From an uncultured Lentisphaerales bacterium (GTDB lineage Bacteria; Verrucomicrobiota; Lentisphaeria; JABSQK01; UBA12247), in NCBI GenBank assembly GCA_943788985.1, contig CALSSJ010000029.1, positions 1 to 56,855 of the forward strand: DNA of 56,855 nucleotides, given 5' to 3'. Below the pieces are notes generated by a model. It worked only from the letters and a program-made list of their open reading frames with translations. It was not told the origin of the DNA and searched no databases. Numbering within the stretch: position 1 is the first letter of the stretch; each line of letters starts with the position of its first letter. The translations under genes and the position numbers were made by a program. Shown piece by piece: positions 40,388-51,375 of the stretch.

Positions 40388-42409
40388 ATGTCACGCACAA
40401 GACAGTACCATCTGGCTCCACTGTCCGACGACCCGGCTTTGGACCTCTACAGCGGCGCACTCTGCAACCGCAGCGACCGGGTGGACGAACGGGCGGGCGA
40501 GATCGCCGGGCTCGGCGCGACCGGCCAGGATCTGCTGGAAGCATCCAGACAGCACGAGTGGTTTGGCCTGCACCGAACCACCTCTGCCTGGACCTTTCGC
40601 GAGTGGGCACCCAACGCGACGACAATCTACCTAGTAGGCGATGCCACGGACTGGCAGGAACGCCCTGACTACCAGTTGGAGCGTGGAGAGTACGGACAGT
40701 GGTCGCTGGAGCTTCCGCCCGAAGCGCTCGCGCATGCTCAACACTATAAGCTCTCGATGCACTGGGATGGCGGTCAAGGCTTCCGACTGCCTGCCTACGC
40801 CAGGCGCGTGGTCCAGAATGATTACACCAAAATCTTCTGCGCCCAAGTCTGGGATGCGCCAGCGTATGAGTGGCAACACGCGTTCAGTGTTCCGCTCCAG
40901 GCGCCGCTGATTTACGAAAGCCACATAGGCATGGCCCAAGAAACGCCTGGAGTCGGCACCTATCTGGGATTTCGCGATCACGTGCTTCCGCGCATTGTGG
41001 CTGCTGGCTATAATACGATACAACTTATGGCAATCGCCGAACACCCATACTATGGCTCATTCGGCTACCACGTGGCCAACTTCTTCGCCCCCAGCTCTCG
41101 CTTCGGGACCCCTGAGGAACTGAAGTCGCTGGTAGACCGCGCCCACGAGCTGGGCCTGACCGTGATCATCGATCTGGTCCATTCGCATTCGGTAAAAAAC
41201 GAGGACGAAGGCCTCGGAAATTTCGACGGCACCCAGTGGCAATACTTCCATGACGGCCCGCGCGGCATGCATGAAGTGTGGGATTCACGTTGCTTTGACT
41301 ATTCCAAACCGGACGTCCTGCGATTTCTGCTGTCGAACTGCCGGTACTGGCTCGAAGAGTTTAAGATCGATGGCTACCGCTTTGACGGCATTACCAGCAT
41401 GCTCTACACGCACCACGGCCTAGGCGTGAACTTCGTCCACTATGACCAGTACTTCGACGGCCAGGTCGATGTCGATGCATACGCCTACCTGGCGTTGGCC
41501 AACAAGGTCATACACACTCTGCGCCCTGACGCGATTACCATCGCCGAGGACATGAGCGGCATGCCCGGACTGGGGGCTCCGGCTAAAGACGGAGGCGCAG
41601 GATTCGACTACCGGCTTGCGATGGGCGTCCCGGACATCTGGTTTGACTTTGTCAAGAAGCTGAAGGACGAGGAATGGCATCTGGGACATCTCTGGTACGA
41701 GCTCACCAATCGTCGGCAGGACGAGCAGTCTATTTCTTACGTCGAGTCCCATGACCAGGCGATCGTGGGGGCCAAGACTTTTGCCTTTGAGCTGATCGGA
41801 TCGGCCATGTACGACAGCATGGGCGTGGGGGCCGAGAACATGATTGTGGACCGCGGCATCGCCCTGCACAAGATGGCACGAACGCTCACCATGTTCGCGA
41901 CTGGAGATGGCTATCTGAACTTCATGGGCAATGAGTTTGGCCATCCGGAATGGATCGACTTTCCACGGGAAGGCAACGGCTGGTCCTATCAGCATGCCCG
42001 CCGGCAGTGGTCGCTGGCTGACCGCCAAGATTTGCGATTTCACCAGCTGGCGGCCTGGGACCGCGCTTGCGTTGGGCTGATTCAGCAGCACCGCCTGATT
42101 AGCGATCATTACCCCGAACAGCTAATGGTGCACGACGACGATCTGGTACTGGCAGTTCGGCGTGGACCGGCAGTCGTGATCTGTAATTCACACCCAGTAA
42201 ACTCCTACACGGACTATGCAGTCCAGCTCCCGCCCGGAGAGTATCAGCTTGCTATTAACAGTGACGAGGCTCGCTTCGGCGGGCATGCACGACTCACTCA
42301 TGGTCAGCGTTTTTTCACGCAAAAGCACGATGATCGAACGATCGTGCAGCTCTATCTCCCCAACCGCACTCTATTGGTTCTTCTGCCTGTAGATCAGGCT
42401 AGCGCGTGA
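40388..42409 (+). CDS. glgB: 1,4-alpha-glucan branching enzyme (GH13, eukaryote/Bacteroidetes-like type)
   Basis: FREWAPNA, IYESHIGMA, EHPYYGSFGYHV, DGYRFDGITSM, AEDMSG, ESHDQA, NFMGNEFGHPEWIDFPR. Confidence 0.95.
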   Translation: MSRTRQYHLAPLSDDPALDLYSGALCNRSDRVDERAGEIAGLGATGQDLLEASRQHEWFGLHRTTSAWTFREWAPNATTIYLVGDATDWQERPDYQLERGEYGQWSLELPPEALAHAQHYKLSMHWDGGQGFRLPAYARRVVQNDYTKIFCAQVWDAPAYEWQHAFSVPLQAPLIYESHIGMAQETPGVGTYLGFRDHVLPRIVAAGYNTIQLMAIAEHPYYGSFGYHVANFFAPSSRFGTPEELKSLVDRAHELGLTVIIDLVHSHSVKNEDEGLGNFDGTQWQYFHDGPRGMHEVWDSRCFDYSKPDVLRFLLSNCRYWLEEFKIDGYRFDGITSMLYTHHGLGVNFVHYDQYFDGQVDVDAYAYLALANKVIHTLRPDAITIAEDMSGMPGLGAPAKDGGAGFDYRLAMGVPDIWFDFVKKLKDEEWHLGHLWYELTNRRQDEQSISYVESHDQAIVGAKTFAFELIGSAMYDSMGVGAENMIVDRGIALHKMARTLTMFATGDGYLNFMGNEFGHPEWIDFPREGNGWSYQHARRQWSLADRQDLRFHQLAAWDRACVGLIQQHRLISDHYPEQLMVHDDDLVLAVRRGPAVVICNSHPVNSYTDYAVQLPPGEYQLAINSDEARFGGHARLTHGQRFFTQKHDDRTIVQLYLPNRTLLVLLPVDQASA

Positions 42410-44158
42410 CAGCGCCGCCAGCAGTTTATCACATCCGCGTCTTCTGCGGGACGACCTGCCTCTACGATCGCAGGATCGATGTCCTCGACACGCCAGCCAC
42501 GGAAGCAGTGCCTTTGACCATCGGCTACAACCAGGAAGTGAGCTTTGAGATTGAGCGTCCACACACCGGACACCGGCTCCGGCTTTCCCTGGCAACAGAG
42601 GCAATCGCCTACGCAGGCGCTGATGAGCTGAGCCTGCGGGTACCAGGCCAGTACTGGTTCATGAACGAAATGGGCGAGAGCGAGATTCGCATCGCTGAGG
42701 ATGATGAAGAAGACGCGCTGCGCTTCACACCGGTGGCACGGATTCCCGTGGTCATCTCCCCACACCCGCAGACCCAGGCACATTTTGAAGTTATGATCAG
42801 TGATCTCACGGAGATTCACGCAGGACTAGCGCACGATGTCGTTTCGCGGGGGATGATTCGCCGGCGCGATGTAGTCAGCCACGAAATCAGCGAACTCTAT
42901 CCAGAAACCGTGCTTCCTGAGTTACAGCGCACCTACAACTGTCTCGCGAAAGCGTTAGAACAGATCGGGCTTCAGCCGGTGCGGCGGATGAAGCGGCGCT
43001 CTCAGATCGCTCGCTATCGCCCGGGTGACCGACTCTCTCAGTCTGCGTTGCTCAGCATGGTGCGTTCTCCCCGGCACTGTGGTTTCTTCCAGTGGTGAGG
43101 TCAAGGCACTGGGAAAGATCACACTCCCGCGCGTGGAGTTGAGTGAAGATTTGGCAGAGCACCGTCATCTGGCGCACCGTATCCATGCTCTCTCCGACCT
43201 GTCTCAAGAGTTGGCCAGGCATTGCAGCCGAATGGCCGCCTCGCTCGCGGAAGAGCAGGAGAATTGGGGAAACGCCGGCTCAGACCAAATCAGCGTATTT
43301 GAAAAGCGCGATGTGCCGAGAATCACCCATCTTCACAGCATGGAACACAGCGCGCTGCATCTGGCACGGGAGTTTAAGCGCCTCATTGAGCGCTACGCCT
43401 TTCTCCGGGTTGGCCGACCGCGCACGAGATTTCAGCCGACACCTATTTTTACCGGCCGCAGTGGCTACCGCGAGGCCTACAGAGCACTGCGGGATTCGCA
43501 GCACCTGCTCGGCGTCATGGTAGATGGCCAGAGTATTCAGGTAAATTACCGCTCGCTCGCGCAGCTGTATGAATACTGGTGCTTCATGAATGTCATTCGC
43601 TGCCTTCGCCAGATCCTTGGTAATCCCGTCTCCAATGACTCCTTCGTGCTGGTCGACTCGATCTACCGGCCCGAAATGAAGCCCGGGCAGACCTTTGAAT
43701 TCGCCGCAGGCCCTAAGCGCGTGATTGTGACCTACGAGCCGTCGATCTATGATTGGCGCACCGCCCGACGTCGTGGCGATCGCTATGGCGCGACCTTGAC
43801 CAAGAATCCGCTTCGCCCGGATATCCTGCTGGAGATTGAAGCCCCGGGTCGACCGACCATGGCCATCGTCCTAGACGCCAAATCCACGTGCAGCTTCCAA
43901 GACCGGATCTTCAGGGAAATCTCAGACTACGCGCGCCAGATCATCAGCATTCGCACCGGCGTTCAGCCAGTGCGGGCCGTCTTCCTGTTGCATCGAGACC
44001 ACAACCGTACCGAGCGCTCAAATCTACCTGCGGAATGGCGCCGCCGCATAGACTCCTACCAGTACCAGGAAATCGGGTCCATTCCCTGTGTACCAGAGCA
44101 GGTCGGGACGGTGCCGGAGACCTTGGAGCGCTTACTGAGGCGACTGCTAGGCGTCTGA
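42406..44158 (+). CDS. DUF2357/PD-(D/E)XK McrC-like nuclease (one frameshift in the C-run at ~43070)
   Basis: GYREAYR, LAQLYEYWCF, RPDILLE...IVLDAK, IGSIP; GTG start overlaps the glgB stop. Confidence 0.78.
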
Positions 44159-44278
44159 CTACCAGAACTCCCCGATGAGTGCCCCCGAAACCGTATATGA
44201 ATATCCCACAGCCGGAGGCAGCCGAAGCCAACGAATTTCCAATTGAGGAATGAAAAGCATCGAGTACGCATTCCAGGT

Positions 44279-44317
44279 CTTGGACATTGGAAATTCCATG
44301 TTGGCTGTTGGACATTC
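44279..44317. repeat. 7-nt-period TTGGACA-type repeat (solo arm)
   Basis: CTTGGACATTGGAAATTCCATGTTGGCTGTTGGACATTC. Confidence 0.5.
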
Positions 44318-44398
44318 AAAAATTCTTTGCAACTCGCCCGTCAGTCCGCGAGTTCCTAGCCCTTTTGGGCCCTTTGTCGCCAGCCAACTCTGGAAGAT

Positions 44399-44975
44399 CT
44401 AGTCGACCGCTTCACGAGAGCTGCCGACCCGAATGCCTCGTTTGAGCGGCGCCTTGCGAGTCGGGCTGTAGTCTACATGGCAGAACAAAAAGGCGGGAAA
44501 GGAACTGTCCAACTCGTGTTTATGAGTCTGCCAGGTGATGAGCGTGCGGACGCTGTTGGCGCCGCGAGACTCCTCGACGTAGACGTGGCGTTCCAGCACT
44601 TCACTGCGGGCGATGTCTCGGCTCCGGGACTCGGTCTCAAGATTCTCCAGCTCCACATTTGGCTGCAACTGCGTAAATAGCGCGTGGTTCCCGTCGCCTT
44701 CTTTATACAATGAGGGAATGGCTCCGAAGTCGAATTCCCCTTTCTTGCCGAATCCCATGGCAAGACGCATGTTCGTCCAATTCAGTAGATTATCGCTCTC
44801 GGCGACAAACGACTGATATCCTTTGCCGTCATAACCGATAAAGGCCATGTACCATTTGTCGTCACCCGACATCTGAAAGATCGTAGGAACATCTGTCGAT
44901 CGAACATCCTCAAAGCCCTCAATGTTCGGTTTCGCGAGAATCACATGGTCGGGATAGTAATGCCCCCCGGAAAGG
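44399..44975 (-). pseudogene. Chimeric remnant: beta-propeller glycosidase fragment joined to an unrelated C-terminal fragment
   Basis: HYYPDHV...DVPTIFQ...WYMAFIGYDGKGYQSFVAESDNLLNW...GEFDFG, then an abrupt switch to ...SEVLERHVY...DYSPTRKAPLKRGIRV. Confidence 0.6.
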
Positions 44976-44990
44976 AGCGGATTACTTCTT

Positions 44991-46532
44991 CTAGTTCATC
45001 TGGAGGTTGACGTCGGAGTGATAATCGCTGCGCCAGGGCGGCTCGTTGCTCTGATTCCAGAGGCCCTGCAGGTTGGCCGGCAGACTGCCGGGGCGCGAGC
45101 AGGAGATCATCAGATAACGAGCGTAGTTGAAGATCAGCGTTTCGAGTTCGGGGTCATGGGCTCCGCCACGATATGCACCAAGCCTTTCCGCGGCGTCCAG
45201 CGCGCGGGCGCTCGCCGGGTTTTGACCGAGCTGCAGGGATAGCCTGTTGAAGAGGCTATGATAGTCGGCGATATGCTCTTGGAGGAGGTCTTGATAGCTA
45301 CAAGCGGAGGCATTGGCGAGCCGCTGACTGATCGCCTGATGCGGGTGCTCCTGCGTCCAACCCTTGTCGTGTCGATTGAGGTAGTTGGTGTCGCCACTGA
45401 GCATTAGCACCAGAGAGTCGCAATCCTCGAAGGTGATTGTGTTATTGGTCGCCTGTATGCGTCCACCCTGGTTGAGGACAATGACCTGTGCCTCGTAGTC
45501 GAGGCGGATGGCGTAGTTCTCCTTTGGTTTGCGGTATTTCCCCGAGAGCGTACCGGAGAAGGAGAGCGTGTTGCCCTCGGCCTTGGTGATGCCATCGTGC
45601 GCGCCCTTCAGTGAGATGGCACCGCTGTAGCAACCGGCTTTGTCTGCTGACAACCGGAGCACGATGACGTCCGCAGGATTGCTGGCAAAATACTCACGTG
45701 TGAAGGTGACTCCGCGGAGATCGTAGCAGGTCGTGTGCACGGCGCGACCGATATCGAGCTCCCGGCGATACGCTTCTGCTGTCGCAGGCTTGATGGCATA
45801 GGTCGCATCCAGCGAAACGCCGTTGAGCGCAATCTCGGAGAGCTGGTAGAGCGGGTCGCCATTATTGGCCAGCAGCGTCAGCCGGTAGAAGCGGTAAGCC
45901 GTGCTGTTCTCAAAGGTGAAGGCCTTCTCGTGTTTCCGTTTCGGAAACGGGTCCTGCTCCGTGCGCTGATCCAGCAGCACCCAAGTCGTGCCATCGTGTG
46001 ACCCTTCCCAGTGCCAGTCCTTGGGATCACGCGCGGGAACGTCGTTAGCAGATGCCAACATGTACTGGTTCACCACGACCGGTTGATCCAGCTTTACCTG
46101 CCATTGAAGCGGGCGGCCTCCATGCGGCACGCACCACTTCGTGTTCACATCACCGTCAACCGACATGTCGATCTGCTCGGGACGTTCGCTCGAGGCCATT
46201 TGCCCCGAGCTACACCGCAGCCATTTCGGCCCTGGATCGGTCTCTTTCAGCGTTATGTAGAGATCGCCAAAGGCCTGATAGGCCCCGGTATCGGTTTCAT
46301 CCCCGATCCATAGGCTGTCCTCATTGAACTGGATGCGCTCGTTGGACACGCCGCCGAAGATCATTGCGCCCAGGTGCCCATTGCCGATGGGCAAGCATTC
46401 CTGCTGCCAGTCCGTTGCCGGGCGGTCCGACCAAATCGTTTGGTCCATTGCGGACTTCGCACAAGCGGCCATTGCGGAGATCGCAATGCTCAGCGCAGTA
46501 AGCAGGCGGGGAAGGAAGAGGGTGTTTTTCAT
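44991..46532 (-). pseudogene. GH95 alpha-L-fucosidase-like gene with F5/8 (CBM32-like) insertion, 3'-truncated
   Basis: LPIGNGHLGAM, IQFNEDSLW, GAYQAFGD, SANDVPARDPKDW, RYLMISCSRPG, PANLQGLWN, SDYHSDVNLQMN then TAG where YW is expected. Confidence 0.85.
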
Positions 46533-46549
46533 GATTTGGTTCCCGGTGT

Positions 46550-46624
46550 AATTCGGACTGATGGACTTGGGGACTTGAGGGACTCGCGTCTTTGGACTCT
46601 GGGATACGCGAGTCCGCCAGTCCT
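46550..46624. repeat. Arm of a long imperfect inverted repeat flanking the four-helix-bundle gene
   Basis: GGACT units at 8-9 nt spacing; complementary to 47409-47482; inner 18 nt match 17/18. Confidence 0.85.
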
Positions 46625-46626
46625 CT

Positions 46627-47372
46627 TCATTTCCCAATGTTCACAATTCCTCGGCAATCCGGGAACCCGGTGCAGCCCGAGAATGGTTTGCCGGCGTTCT
46701 GGCCGGATTTAGCGGTGCAGCGGCGCATCGGCTTGCCGCAGTCCGGACAGCTCGGCGCATTCGGGTCGGCGTTTTGTCGGTCCCGCTCATCAAGCCGGGC
46801 GCTGTTCATGCGTTCGCGGAACCCACCTTTCTGCAGGAACTCCTCTTCCTGTGCGGCAAGCTGCTTCTTGAGCATACCGCTCGTGCGCTGCAACAGCACG
46901 ATCATGGCGTTGGCGATCACGTCGGCAGTCGTCCGATTCGAGCCAGCGCTTGAACTTCTCCTGCTGCGAGAAGAGGTACTCCGCTGGCCTTGTGCAAATC
47001 GTCACCGGGCTGCAGCGGGTTCGCGTCGAGCAGGACCCTTTTGAGTTCTAGGAACTCAGGAGAGTTGGTGCTCCAAGGGAGCTTCTTCTGGTTCGACAGC
47101 CAGAACTCATAGTCGCCCTGAAGTTCCCCCAAGCTGGCACGGGCCACGTCGGTGAGCTGCATCTCGGTGGTATTGGAGGTGCCGGCACGCTCCGACCCTT
47201 CGACGATGTTGGCTCTGCCGGAGCGAGCTGCCTGCGTCATCTGGTCGAACTGACGTCCGCAAGGATCGTTCCGCCTGTTCAGGAACTGGCTGCAGAAACG
47301 CCAGGTGGCAAGCTGAATACTCGAGGCGTAGGTGAAGGTATTCAGCTTTCGGTAGCCGCCGCTCTTCTTCAT
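46627..47372 (-). CDS. Four-helix-bundle (23S rRNA IVP-like) protein with suffix domain and topoisomerase-type C4 zinc ribbon; 2 frameshifts
   Basis: GGYRKL, DQMTQAARSGRANIVEG, LTDVARASLGELQGDYE, ANAMIVLL...FLQKGGFRERM, CPDCGKPM...GCTGFPDCRG. Confidence 0.88.
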
Positions 47373-47408
47373 GTCGAATCTCCTTTGTTCTTGGACTCAA
47401 GGTCTGAC

Positions 47409-47482
47409 AGGACTAGCGGACTCGCGAGTTCCCACGTCCAAGGCGTGAGTCCCAAAAGTCCCGCGAGTCCGTTCGTCCAATT
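47409..47482. repeat. Second arm of the inverted repeat flanking the four-helix-bundle gene
   Basis: AGGACTAGCGGACTCGCG...AGTCCC AAAAGTCCC GCGAGTCC GTTCGTCCAATT. Confidence 0.85.
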
Positions 47483-47539
47483 TCTATCTCTAAATGGATC
47501 CCGATCCACACTCCCTCCTTCCTGGCCACAGGCCCCTTC

Positions 47540-48886
47540 TCATCCGTTCAGCGTCCAGCCGGCTCGGTAGGGCTTGGTCAGGTACTGATTGGCATCAGCA
47601 ACGTTGGTGACCCGACCGGCCACGCCGTCGTACTCCAAGTCTGCTCCGGCGCGGAAGCTTGCGTGCCCCAGATTCAGGGTCTCGATCATGCTGGCGGCGT
47701 ACTCGAAGTTGCAGGCAGTCTCCCAAGGCCGACCGCTCTTGCAGGCCGTGGTCCATTGATGCTGGAAGTGGCCCAGGTTCGCAGCGACGTCCTCCCGGCT
47801 CCGCGGCCGGAAGTAGCTCAGGTCAGCGCTCTTGCCATAGGGAATCAGGAGCCGCCGCTTAAAGTCAGCGATTACGTAGCCTTGGTCACCTTTGAACAGC
47901 GCGCCGTGGGCAATCGTATCGAGATCGATCCAGTCCAGAGGCGACTTGGGCCCGGTCTTGCCTTGAAGCCAGGTCACGCGAATTTGGTCGCGCCAGTCGT
48001 TGGCGGGCATCATGAAGGAAGCGCGAAACTCGGCGGGCGTCGTGTCTGGATTGGGCGTTTCGCTGGATGCGGTCTGCACCGATGTCGGGCACTGGGCGTC
48101 GATCACATTCCAGACCAGGTCGAAGGTGTGGCTTCCCCAGTCTCCGGCATAACCCATGCTGAAGTCCCAGTACTTGTTCCAGCTCTGGCAGCCGAGCCCA
48201 GCCCGGTCGCCGAGCGCGAAGTATCCGGGATTGTACGGATGCTCTGGCGACGGCCCGAGCCACAGGTCATAGTTCAGGTGTGCCGGAGGCGCCCCGGCCG
48301 CTGGCAGGTAGCCCGGTCGCGAGCTGGCGCGCCGGCCCCAGGCGTATGCTTCCTTGAGTTTGCCAATGGCGCCGTCCTGGATCATCTCGCGCAGACGGTC
48401 GAAGTTTGGATCCGCATGCCGCTGGGTTCCGACCTGCGTGGCGAGCTTGTCCTTCTTCTTTAGGTATGTCTCACGCAAGGTACGCGCTTCATTCACCGTG
48501 ATCGCGATTGGTTTCTCCACGTAGACATGAAGGTCGCGGTTCATGGCCCAATTGGCCACAAAGGCATGCGTGTGGTCGGTGGTACAGCAGAGCACTGCGT
48601 CGAGTCCGGGATGATCCAGCGCCTTGCGCCAATCCTCATACGGGGTGGCATCCGGATACTCAGCCATGCCCTTGGCCAGGTTCTTCTTGTGGACATCGCA
48701 AACGACAACCACGTTCTCGCCCTTGAGGGCGCCATAGTGCTGGCTGGCACGGCCCCAGGCCCCGATCAACGCAATGTTGAGCCGATTGCTCGGCCGGTTC
48801 TGCCCAAAGACCGTGCCACTGGGAAGGATGAGCAGCCCGGCAGCACCGGCTTTGAGAAACGAACGGCGATTCAGTTTGGTTTCCAT
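47540..48886 (-). CDS. Tat-exported Gfo/Idh/MocA oxidoreductase
   Basis: NRRSFLK Tat motif, [39 protein letters not shown]. Confidence 0.93.
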   Translation of the reverse strand: METKLNRRSFLKAGAAGLLILPSGTVFGQNRPSNRLNIALIGAWGRASQHYGALKGENVVVVCDVHKKNLAKGMAEYPDATPYEDWRKALDHPGLDAVLCCTTDHTHAFVANWAMNRDLHVYVEKPIAITVNEARTLRETYLKKKDKLATQVGTQRHADPNFDRLREMIQDGAIGKLKEAYAWGRRASSRPGYLPAAGAPPAHLNYDLWLGPSPEHPYNPGYFALGDRAGLGCQSWNKYWDFSMGYAGDWGSHTFDLVWNVIDAQCPTSVQTASSETPNPDTTPAEFRASFMMPANDWRDQIRVTWLQGKTGPKSPLDWIDLDTIAHGALFKGDQGYVIADFKRRLLIPYGKSADLSYFRPRSREDVAANLGHFQHQWTTACKSGRPWETACNFEYAASMIETLNLGHASFRAGADLEYDGVAGRVTNVADANQYLTKPYRAGWTLNG

Positions 48887-48932
48887 CGTATCACTCCTGT
48901 GGTTTAACGCTTTCCAAAAACATCATGGAACT

Positions 48933-51332
48933 TTATTTCGTGACCTGCAGCTCACCATTGAGTCTGAATACATCGCCTGCAGTGCAGTCCAGCGAACGGG
49001 TTTCAGCGCCATAGTTCACTCTGATATGGTCGTCGGCACCAGCGTGCAGAACGGCAGAGGTCAGGCGCCCATCGCTCCAGGAGATGTCGATGACATGCCC
49101 GCCACGGACCAACACTCCTGTGATCGATCCCTCCGCGAATTCCTCGGGCCAGGCCGGCAGCAGGTCGATGTGCCCCGGGCGTGAGAAGACGAGCATTTCC
49201 ATGAGCAACCGCGGCAGGCTCAGGGAGGCATCCAGATTGTAGATTCTGTCCGGATCATGAGACGTGACCAAGCTGGCATAGTGATAGTTTCGACGCGCAA
49301 ATAGATCCAGATTCTTCGTGACCTTGTCGACCTGCTTGAGGCGGGCTGCCATCAAGGCCACATGGATCAGGCCGTGTGCGCTATTGGTTTGATGGGCGAA
49401 CCGCTTGTCTAGCGCAACACCAGCGGCCTGAAGCAAGGCAGGGGGACTCTCAGGTTCCAACAGTTCCATCCCGGGATAGATCGGGTAAAGGTGGGAGCTA
49501 TGACGGTGATTGTAGTTGTCCCCGTACTGTTCAGGAATCCACTCCGCCAGCGCGCCATCTTGATTGATTCGGTAGGTAACCAAGTTGTCGCGAATCTGCG
49601 TCCAGCGTGCGATCTTCTCTGGGGCGAGGTCGAAGCGTTCCCCCAGTTCGATCAGGATCTGAAACACCTCACGGGCCACGGCCACATCAAAGGTGGTATC
49701 CTTCAACACCAGCTCATGTTTCATATCAGGCGGCCAGTTCTCCGGCGAGAGGCCCGGATTGATGTGGTAGACGCCCTGCTCATCCTTGGTCAGGTAATCC
49801 TCGTAAAAGTCCCCCATCTCCAAGTACAGCGGCAACACTCGGTTCTCCATGAACGCCCAGTCGCCATTCAACAACGCATAATCGTAGAACGGACGGATGT
49901 TCCAGCCCCCGCCGCCGATCCAATACATCCAGGCCCAGAAGCCCGCAATGTGCGTGAGATGGCCCTTTTCAGGGTCCGCGTAATGCGGCACCAAAAAGCC
50001 GCGACAGCCCAGGTAGCTCTTGGCATTCAGGCGCCAGCCGGGCAGGATGCGTTCGACATAGCCAAAGTATGACTCGGCACATTCGGGCAGATTCCCCATC
50101 GCTGCGGCAGAGATCGCCAGGTTCAGGTTTGAGTCCAGGACAAAACCACCAGACCACGCCGGTTTCCAGTCCCCACCCCAGATGCCTTGGAGCGGCGCGG
50201 GGTAGCGCCCAGAGGTCGAGATCAGCAGGTAGCGTCCCATGGCATGGGTCTGTTCCAGGAACAACGGGCTGACGCCTCCGGATGCCGAATCCTTCCGGAA
50301 CTGTTCGGTGGACGTCGTCGCCCATTGCTCCTTGCAGCCTAGATCCAAGATCACACGCCGGAACATGTCGCCGTGTGATTTGGCATGCGGCTCCAGCAGC
50401 GCCTCATACGCCTCGGGCAATGCAGCCAACTCTTGTTCGATCTCGCTGCGAGCGGAAGTTGAGCCGTCATCCAGCGGGTGAATCCGGAGCGTAATCAGCA
50501 CTTCGTCGGCATCGGAAACCTGAAGGCCCTCTCGGGCCTGAACCAGCGATCCTCCCTTTGTGGTGACTCGGGCCACGCCCTCATAGCCACCGCGGTCCAG
50601 CGCATAGTCTGCATGGAAATGCAGGCCGTGGTTCGCCGTCGCTTCGCTCTTCACCGAGCGAAACACCTTGGCCAGATCGAGTCCCTGGTAGTCTCCGGTT
50701 CGCCCAGGCGTTTCTGCCAGCCAGAGCGAGAGGGCCAGCTTGCGCTCTCCCGTCGCCCGCAGCGCCACCACCGTCACATTGCTGTCTCTGGAGGAGAATA
50801 CCCGCTGTTCCGTCCCGCCTCCCTCATGCTGCCAGCGGGAGATTGCCTCGCCGGTTTCGAGGTTCAACGTCCGCTCGTAGGCGGCGGTTTCCCCGGTGCC
50901 ATGGTGTGCGATTCGCAGGTCGAAAGCGGGATGCGGGGTGACCGCATTCGCATGCCCGGTTCCATTTTCGCGCAGCAACCTGCTGGCTTCATGGCTTGCC
51001 GGCACCGGAGCCTTTGGCTCCCCGGCGTCAATCCTCCGGCGGACCTCTGGCACGAGGTGGGCGATATCCACGACCGCTTCAAGGTCGCGGTCCCATTTGC
51101 GGATAAACAGCTCCTCATGGACACAGATAATCTGCTCGTTCTCGGGCTGTCCCATGACCATGGTGCCTTGCCTGCCGTTTCCGGTGACGAATGCGTCTTC
51201 CCATTTCTCAGCAGCTTGCTCAGAACGAATGGTCCAGCGTCCGTCTGGTTCCCCTTGCCGCGAAAATGCCGAGATCGTTGCGGCCATTGCGATACCTGTG
51301 ATGAGTGTTGTTAGCTTGTGCCTGGTGGTCAT
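48933..51332 (-). CDS. GH95-like glycoside hydrolase, secreted
   Basis: WEDAFVTGNG, GRYLLIS, LQGIWG, SPEN, LAEW, HRHSSHLYP, EMLVFS, LLPAWP, GVLVRGG. Confidence 0.88.
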   Translation of the reverse strand: MTTRHKLTTLITGIAMAATISAFSRQGEPDGRWTIRSEQAAEKWEDAFVTGNGRQGTMVMGQPENEQIICVHEELFIRKWDRDLEAVVDIAHLVPEVRRRIDAGEPKAPVPASHEASRLLRENGTGHANAVTPHPAFDLRIAHHGTGETAAYERTLNLETGEAISRWQHEGGGTEQRVFSSRDSNVTVVALRATGERKLALSLWLAETPGRTGDYQGLDLAKVFRSVKSEATANHGLHFHADYALDRGGYEGVARVTTKGGSLVQAREGLQVSDADEVLITLRIHPLDDGSTSARSEIEQELAALPEAYEALLEPHAKSHGDMFRRVILDLGCKEQWATTSTEQFRKDSASGGVSPLFLEQTHAMGRYLLISTSGRYPAPLQGIWGGDWKPAWSGGFVLDSNLNLAISAAAMGNLPECAESYFGYVERILPGWRLNAKSYLGCRGFLVPHYADPEKGHLTHIAGFWAWMYWIGGGGWNIRPFYDYALLNGDWAFMENRVLPLYLEMGDFYEDYLTKDEQGVYHINPGLSPENWPPDMKHELVLKDTTFDVAVAREVFQILIELGERFDLAPEKIARWTQIRDNLVTYRINQDGALAEWIPEQYGDNYNHRHSSHLYPIYPGMELLEPESPPALLQAAGVALDKRFAHQTNSAHGLIHVALMAARLKQVDKVTKNLDLFARRNYHYASLVTSHDPDRIYNLDASLSLPRLLMEMLVFSRPGHIDLLPAWPEEFAEGSITGVLVRGGHVIDISWSDGRLTSAVLHAGADDHIRVNYGAETRSLDCTAGDVFRLNGELQVTK

Positions 51333-51375
51333 GACATGCGCCTTTTCATGGATGGTTCAATATTGGAACCTACCA

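Noticed and set aside
43944..44319. ORFs starting MSNSQHGISNVQ / MNVQQPTWNFQ
   Set aside because: Translations of the TTGGACA repeat, running antisense into the nuclease gene.
16580..45000. Stop-codon reassignment suggested by in-frame TAGs (IS1380, hicB, PRTase, GH95)
   Set aside because: Intact genes such as creC, pheS, pheT and the NtrC regulator end in TAG; the internal stops replace different residues and co-occur with other lesions.
5940..47372. Diversity-generating retroelement (FGE/CLec-type target plus Avd-like four-helix bundle)
   Set aside because: No reverse transcriptase and no template/variable repeat pair seen; the two genes are about 40 kb apart.
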